In this document: positions 58,323 through 64,000 of the stretch, piece by piece | How positions within the stretch are numbered: the first letter of the stretch is position 1 | Layout of the letters: each line of letters starts with the position of its first letter | Origin: Corythoichthys intestinalis | Taxonomy: Eukaryota | Length of the DNA: 64,000 bases | Direction: 5' to 3' | NCBI RefSeq assembly: GCF_030265065.1 | Contig: NC_080408.1 | Location: 22,855,480-22,919,479 of the forward strand | The notes under the pieces: model-generated | Database searches by the model: none | What the model was told of the DNA's origin: nothing | What the model saw: the letters and a program-made list of their open reading frames with translations, nothing else | Made by a program: the position numbers and the translations under genes

Positions 58323-58379
58323 GAGATGAGGAGACGAGGCGCCAACACGCTTGTGCCAAAGCAGGAGAACCAGCATCAG
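58323..58379 (+). CDS. Repeat-exon gene candidate exon (EMRRRGANTLVPKQENQHQ)
   Basis: Acceptor gattccag|GAG, donor CAG|gtcagt. 57 nt. An alternative frame is possible. Confidence 0.35.
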
Positions 58380-58447
58380 GTCAGTACCATGAGTCACGTG
58401 GAATGTCAGTTGGGCAGACGTCTTTTAACGAGGGCATTATTTTGCAG

Positions 58448-58528
58448 AGCCAATCAGATGACGAGTTGCTGAAAGACGACGGCGAAGGCAGAGAGGACGA
58501 TGAGGTGACCCTGGCGGAGAGCAAAGCG
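58448..58528 (+). CDS. Repeat-exon gene, acidic exon (SQSDDELLKDDGEGREDDEVTLAESKA)
   Basis: Acceptor ttttgcag|AGC, donor GCG|gtgaga. 81 nt. Confidence 0.55.
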
Positions 58529-58692
58529 GTGAGATCCCATGAGAAACTTGTCAAAACTACAATAGCATCCACGCTATGCTACTCGTACAGACGCTACGTC
58601 GGGATTGTCAGCATCTGTATAAGAAACAGTTGCTCAAAACTGTCATGTAGTTTTGTAGGAGTTGACTGTGTTTGCATATGTCACTATTTCAG

Positions 58693-58752
58693 AAGAAAAA
58701 GAAGAAAAAGCGCTACAACCCGTTTATGCCACAAGTAGCTGCCAAGGTACAG
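58693..58752 (+). CDS. Repeat-exon gene, basic NPF module (KKKKKKRYNPFMPQVAAKVQ)
   Basis: Acceptor tatttcag|AAG, donor CAG|gtacgt. 60 nt. Confidence 0.6.
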
Positions 58753-58824
58753 GTACGTAAATGTCAAGTGTTCCATTAAGGGTGTCAGGCTGATTTAACA
58801 TTTGATTGCGTCACGTGACAACAG

Positions 58825-58932
58825 CCGGCATCGGATGAAGAAGCGTTGAAAGATGAAGAAAAAGCGGATGATGATGATGAGGAGGATGAGGAGGACAAAA
58901 AGGAGGAGGATGGTACCACCAAATCAGAACAG
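58825..58932 (+). CDS. Repeat-exon gene, acidic exon (PASDEEALKDEEKADDDDEEDEEDKKEEDGTTKSEQ)
   Basis: Acceptor caacag|CCG, donor CAG|gtattc. 108 nt. Confidence 0.55.
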
Positions 58933-59013
58933 GTATTCTTTTTCATCTTGCTTCATTATCAAGATGAACTTTCTTTTCAATGTTTCAATTTTTTTTTGTA
59001 TTTGACTTTTTAG

Positions 59014-59064
59014 GTCAAAGCCAAGAAAGCAAAGAGACGCAATCCCTTCATGCAGCACATCAAG
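59014..59064 (+). CDS. Repeat-exon gene, basic NPF module (VKAKKAKRRNPFMQHIK)
   Basis: Acceptor ttttag|GTC, donor AAG|gtaacg. 51 nt. Paralogue of 58693-58752. Confidence 0.6.
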
Positions 59065-59240
59065 GTAACGTTTAATCATGTAGTCGATCTCAAGTGTTTA
59101 TTATCACAGCATTGACAACCAGCGTGTTTGTCTGCAATTGTTTTCAACATGTTATGTTGTAAAGCAAGTCAATTAGGATAATTGTCTATTCATGCATTCA
59201 GCAGAGGTGTTTTAATTATTGTTTTAATTTGTGTGTGCAG

Positions 59241-59282
59241 ACCAAAGTGGTACAGAGACGGGATGCGGATGCAGATGCAGAG
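59241..59282 (+). CDS. Repeat-exon gene (TKVVQRRDADADAE)
   Basis: Acceptor gtgtgcag|ACC, donor GAG|gtaggt. 42 nt. Confidence 0.5.
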
Positions 59283-59627
59283 GTAGGTTTATTGTAATTT
59301 TGTTTGAATTAAATTTCGTTTAAATGTTAACATTTTATTTGTTTTTTTTAACATTTTAATATCATTTTGTTTCAATTTATTGTATTTAGTCCTGATTTCT
59401 TTGTATTTTAATTTGATCATATTAGATTTGATTACAATATTTTATTATATTTGAAATTATTTCAATTTTTGGATTGTTTAAATGTTTATTTGTATTCATT
59501 GTATTTATATATTTTTAATGTAGATATTCCTCATGTTATTTTTTAAATAGATTTTTCACTAATATGCTTTGTTTGAAATGAACTAATTTTTATTCTTAAT
59601 ATTTAAATCATTTTCTACCAATGACGG

Positions 59628-59720
59628 CGATAGACGTCCAATCCATTTGAACTTGAAAGCGAATTGAACTTGGCAGTTCCATTTGCTTCCCAGTTCAAAT
59701 ATATTGGACCTCTACTAGTG
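59628..59720. mobile_element. GACGTCCAATCC MITE copy
   Basis: gatagacgtccaatccatttgaacttgaaag ... cccagttcaaatatattggacctctactagtg. Confidence 0.55.
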
Positions 59721-60564
59721 ACAAACTTTTAAATTTAAAGCAATATCATCGTCAACAGCACTAAAAAAGTTACTAGTAACATGTATTCATTTATGTGTGT
59801 GTGTAAAAGCACAAAATAAACCCAAAGAAAATTGATACCAGAGGCAGTTTCCAGCCAGGTTTCCAGGTTGTCTTCATGCCTCTGTTAGTTTTTAGTCTTT
59901 AGAGATTTTGTTTGATAAGGTCACACGTTAAACATGACACCCTCTTGTCCCAGAGACACAATTACTACCCTCAATGTTGTCCTCCACAAAGATGTCAATC
60001 AGGTCCCGCCCAGTCAGCGCTTTCTTCCCACACAATGACACTACTTCATCTTTCAAACCGCTGTTTCGGTCACCTGGCCTTCTTCAAAAATATTCTTCAT
60101 TCTTCTTACAAACTTTTTGTAAACATCTGTTTCCTATTTTTTTAAACCCCCCCACCTGACATTCCGATACATAAGCCGCTGCCGTGTTGAAGGCATGCGA
60201 GAAGAGAGGAGGCCAACGCAATGTGTCCTGACTTGTTTGTCTGCTTCCTTTGAGATTTGACTTCCGCAAAAACACAACACACCAAAGTTACAGTTCCCTC
60301 TCTTTAGCACACAGAAGGCTCACCTGTTCAAATGAGACTACACTGTACTACTACACTGTAAATCACCCAATAATACTTAAATCAAAACCAAAGTGATTCT
60401 CTTAATTACTATGTATTTTTGGCTGGATTATATTAAATTTAGCCCATACTAAACCTAGATATGCTTCAGCAACTCTTGTTTTGAGCTGTACATTTTTTTT
60501 TTTGTGTGTGTTTTTTTTTTTTAATTTTCTTACAGTACATTTAATTTTCATTTACTTTGAATTC

Positions 60565-61418
60565 AAGTACCGTAATTTTCGGACTATAAGGCGCACCTGA
60601 GTATAAGATGCCACCCACCAATTTTGACACGAAAACGGCATTTGTTCATAGATAAGCCGCACTAGACTATAAGCCGAAGCTGTCTGCACTGTATTATGGG
60701 ATATTTACACCAGAAGATAACTGGTAACACTTTATTTGACAGTGGCATCATAAGACTGTCATATCATAAGACCACCATGAAGCTTTGAATCAATCCGCTG
60801 CAATTTTTCATTGTTTCCAGAAGCTTCATTAGGCCATCACTGCTCCCATGGAGGAGCGTCAACCTCTGCTGCCACCTGCTGTAAACACTGTTCATTCAAC
60901 ATGCCTCCTAGCATGCATTGCAGCAATACAGATGTGAATAACAATTAAAATTCATGTTCCGTGCTAATCATTTCTTCAGTTATTGTTCCAGTTGTTTCAT
61001 TAATTGATAGTTATAGAATTTGGTAACACTTTATCTGACAGTGACTGACGTTAGACCATCATAATTTTGACATGACATTGCCATGAGCATTAATGAATGC
61101 TTATGGCATGTCATTTGGGTCATCTGGCAAATTATGTCACTTTTGAATGCATCTAAAAGATCCGAGCTGGACATAAATGGAGTTAGTGACATAATTTGCC
61201 GTTTGACACAAAATGACATCTGTCATAAGCATTCATTAATGCCCATCATAGTGTTATGTCATAATTATGACTTTCTTATGGCAGTCTTATGACTCCGCTG
61301 TCAAATAAAGTGTTACCTATTAACCCAATAAATCAACAAATAAGCCGTACTGGACTACAAGCCGCAGGATTCGAAATGAGGGAGAAAAATAGTGGCTTAT
61401 AGCCAGAAAATTACGGTT
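60565..61418 (-). mobile_element. Composite ACCGTAATTTTCGGACTATAAGGCGCAC-termini element, copy 2, inverted relative to 7548-8395, with the internal GGTAACACTTTATTTGACAG MITE at 61022-61320
   Basis: The reverse complement of 61418..60780 is collinear with 7548..8200. Confidence 0.55.
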
Positions 61419-62794
61419 AATGCATTTTTTTTTTCTGTTAAAAGTTTTAAAATTGAATTTAAATCACTTTTTATACTCTTATATAAATGGAACTGTGTGT
61501 GCATGTTCATTCCATATAGATTCTGAAACGGCCAGTTGGATTTTAACAAAACTTTACACAGTTGTACTTTGTGTCTGGGAGTATTCTTAGATATGTTTGA
61601 TCGCTGTAGGCCTCGATTTAGTGCGGAAACTAAATTTGAAACTCAAAAAAATTACCTGATTTCGAGGTTTGGTATGTGTTGATTTAACAAACCTTAGCTT
61701 CAACAACACTGTACAAGTAGTATACACGGGCTATACTGCTAGTTTCTTCTAATTTGAATTGTATTTATTCTAATAAAAGGCTTATTTATTGTAGTTTTTG
61801 TAAATGTAGTTTTCATTTCATCCTAACTAAAGTTTTTCTATTAGATTAGATTTTGATGAAAATGTTTTCTGTAGCGACGCAGTGGTAGAGTGGTTAGTAG
61901 TATGTTTGCCTCAAAGTTCTGAGATTGTTGGTCAATCCCAGCTCTGGCCTCCCTGTGTGGAGGTTGCATGTTCTCCCGTATCTGCGTGGATTTTCTCCAG
62001 GTACTCCAGCTTCCTCCCACATCCCAAAAACATGCATAGTAGGCTGATTGAAGACTCCAAATTGCCCGTAGGTTTGAGTGTGCGCGAGGATGGTCGTCTG
62101 TTTTTATGTGCCCTGCCACTGGCTGGCAAGCAGTTCAGGGTGTACTAGGGGTGTGACAAAATATCGAAATGGTGATATATCGTGATACTTTGTATCCAAA
62201 AAGAATCGAGATATTGTTTTAAAAAGGTGTCAATGTTTCCACCACAGGTTATCAATAGGGTTGGGATCTGGGCTATTTGTAGGCCATGACATGACTGGAT
62301 AAGACTTTCTCCAAGGACTGCTTTAACGGTTTTAGCTCTGTGGCATGATGCATTGTCATCTTGGAAAATGACATATTTTCATTTGAAGGGATAAGAAATC
62401 TAAAATGTCTAAAATTTCAATGTAAACGTTTGAAATTTGTTGAAGATTTAACCACAGCCATCTCCCCAGTGCCTTTGCCTGACATGCAGCCCTACATCAT
62501 CAAGTACTGAGGGAATTTTGATGTCTTCTTCAGGCAACCATCTTAGTAAATCTCACTGGAATGGCACCAAACAAAAGTTTCAGCATCATCACCTTGTCCA
62601 ATGCAGATTCTTGGCTCTTGACACCTTGTCCAATGCAGATTCTTGACTCTTTGTCCAATGCAGATTCTTGACTCTTGACAAGGTGATGATGCTGGAACTT
62701 TTGTTTGGTGCCATTCCAGTGAGATTTACAAAGATTGTTGCCCGAAGAACCTGTTCCAGAGAGACCTTAAATGGCCCAAAATTACCTAATTGCC

Positions 62795-62925
62795 TGGCAT
62801 TGACTGCCACTGACAGCCATAGACGTTCAATCCGTTTGAAGTGGGAGGGATGGCAGTGAATGAACGAATGTTCATTCGCTGCCACCCTCCCAGTTCAAAT
62901 GGATTGGACGTCTACTAGTGATAAA
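62795..62925. mobile_element. GACGTCCAATCC MITE copy, complete with extended ends (cattgactgccactgacagccatagacgttcaatcc...ggattggacgtctactagtg)
   Basis: Perfect ~30-bp inverted termini around a palindromic core. Confidence 0.6.
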
Positions 62926-63426
62926 GTCATTCCAATTCACAGCAGAAACTTTTTTTCTGTTTATTAGTTGTTTGTACTATCCTAGACTGATTTCCTGACC
63001 AATGTATCGATAATCGTTGTATCGCCTTATCGTCAGATCATCGTTATCGTGAGCTATGTATCATGAGGTTCCCACTCCTAGGGTGTACCCTGCCTGTTTT
63101 TAGGCTCCAGCACCCAAGTGACCCTAGGCTAAGTGGTTCAGAAGACGAATGAATGAATCAATGTTTACTTTAATCGGAGTGGTCTCCTTTTTTGTTTTTA
63201 TTCATTAGTTTGTCACCATTCAACAAAAGAAAATCTTATTCGGCCTAATTGATAATGATAACAGTATTATTAGCCTAACAACATAAACCGATTATGGCAA
63301 AATTACTTTTTTTTAACTTCTGTGACCTTTGACCTCATGACCCCAAAATGCAATCACCCCTCCCACTTCATTTTATACATTTCCTGCTCCATATTTGATA
63401 ATACTGTAATCCCTTTTTCTTTTCAG

Positions 63427-63504
63427 AATGAGGGGGAAAACAGGTGCTTGTTTGAGCAATTGGAGGAATTCCGCATCGATCCATTGCCGCCTGAAGAGCG
63501 ACAG
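63427..63504 (+). CDS. Repeat-exon gene, C-terminal non-repetitive part (NEGENRCLFEQLEEFRIDPLPPEERQ)
   Basis: Acceptor cttttcag|AAT, donor CAG|gtcggt. 78 nt. Confidence 0.55.
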
Positions 63505-63582
63505 GTCGGTTTGGAATAATCATCTCCCTGGCAGGGCCTTGTTAATTGGCCTCCATCAAGTGTTTTTTTTTTTTTTCCGCAG

Positions 63583-63622
63583 GATTTTGAGCGTCTTATG
63601 GAGTGGTGGAACACTGTGGAGT
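63583..63622 (+). CDS. Repeat-exon gene (DFERLMEWWNTVE)
   Basis: Acceptor ttccgcag|GAT, donor T|gtaagt. Ends in phase 1. Confidence 0.55.
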
Positions 63623-63769
63623 GTAAGTCCAAAATGAAATCCTGGGGACACTGACTAGTCAATCGCCATCAATGGCGAAAACGATTGGGTTATTAAATAT
63701 GTATAACATTCTTGTGGTCTTTTATCTTTTAGTTGTATGTTTTTTAAAAAAAGATACTGTCTTTCTCAG

Positions 63770-63821
63770 CTTGGGAGGATACACCTAAGGACGAAGACAT
63801 GACGGAGAAAGAAGAGGCAAA
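63770..63821 (+). CDS. Repeat-exon gene (SWEDTPKDEDMTEKEEAK), continues past the window edge
   Basis: Acceptor tttctcag|CT takes the phase-1 carry-over. Donor AA|gtgagt. Confidence 0.5.
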
Positions 63822-64000
63822 GTGAGTGTTGGGTCTTATCGGCAGGTTGCTTTACGATATTCAACTAAAATCTGCTTTGAGATTTCATTTTACATAGTTA
63901 TTTTACGTCGTTTTAAAAGTGCTGAGCTGTGGGATTATGTTTAGTGGTAGCATTAATTTGTTACAAACTGGAGAAACTTTGATTGTTTGTAGTAGTAGTA

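Noticed and set aside
58256-58738. 160-aa + strand ORF
   Set aside because: It reads through two real exons (58448-58528 and the start of 58693) and their introns. The true structure is spliced.
1-64000. tRNA, rRNA or other structured RNA genes
   Set aside because: No cloverleaf-compatible 72-90-nt segments with GTTC..A / box A-B spacing were noticed, and no rDNA-like conserved blocks. Not exhaustively computable by eye.

Overview
This window is vertebrate (teleost-like) nuclear DNA, not prokaryotic. It shows GT-AG introns, Tc1/hAT transposons and MITEs, and contains no operons, CRISPR arrays, rRNA or obvious tRNA. Two multi-exon genes lie on the + strand. Gene 1 (about 966-36568) is the 3' part of a NACHT + WD40-repeat gene. 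It has a Walker-B-like LLVDGVDLV motif and 16 or more WD-type exons, and is TEP1-like or of a related NACHT-WD family. Exon phases are consistent through to a TAG stop at 36566-36568. Gene 2 (40567 to beyond 63821) is built from many short phase-0 exons. They encode alternating basic modules (..LFGGMFKK..KSQ), acidic Ser/Asn modules (ELSASN, DLLDID..ASNNNVNNNK) and four NPF motifs. The gene contains obvious tandem duplications of exon blocks and is probably a disordered adaptor-like protein; I could not assign its identity. The introns are packed with transposable elements. There are three Tc1-family elements, one of them near-intact with a single nonsense codon. There are several hAT-like non-autonomous elements and MITE families. 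There is a triple-nested insertion whose target-site duplications are visible, and a second rearranged copy that preserves the empty site. There is a very recent 908-bp tandem duplication containing an array of perfect hairpins. There is a BED zinc-finger (hAT transposase N-terminus) open reading frame. An element bounded by terminal inverted repeats sits immediately upstream of the start of gene 2. All coordinates are approximate to a few bp. No novel prokaryotic-type system is present.
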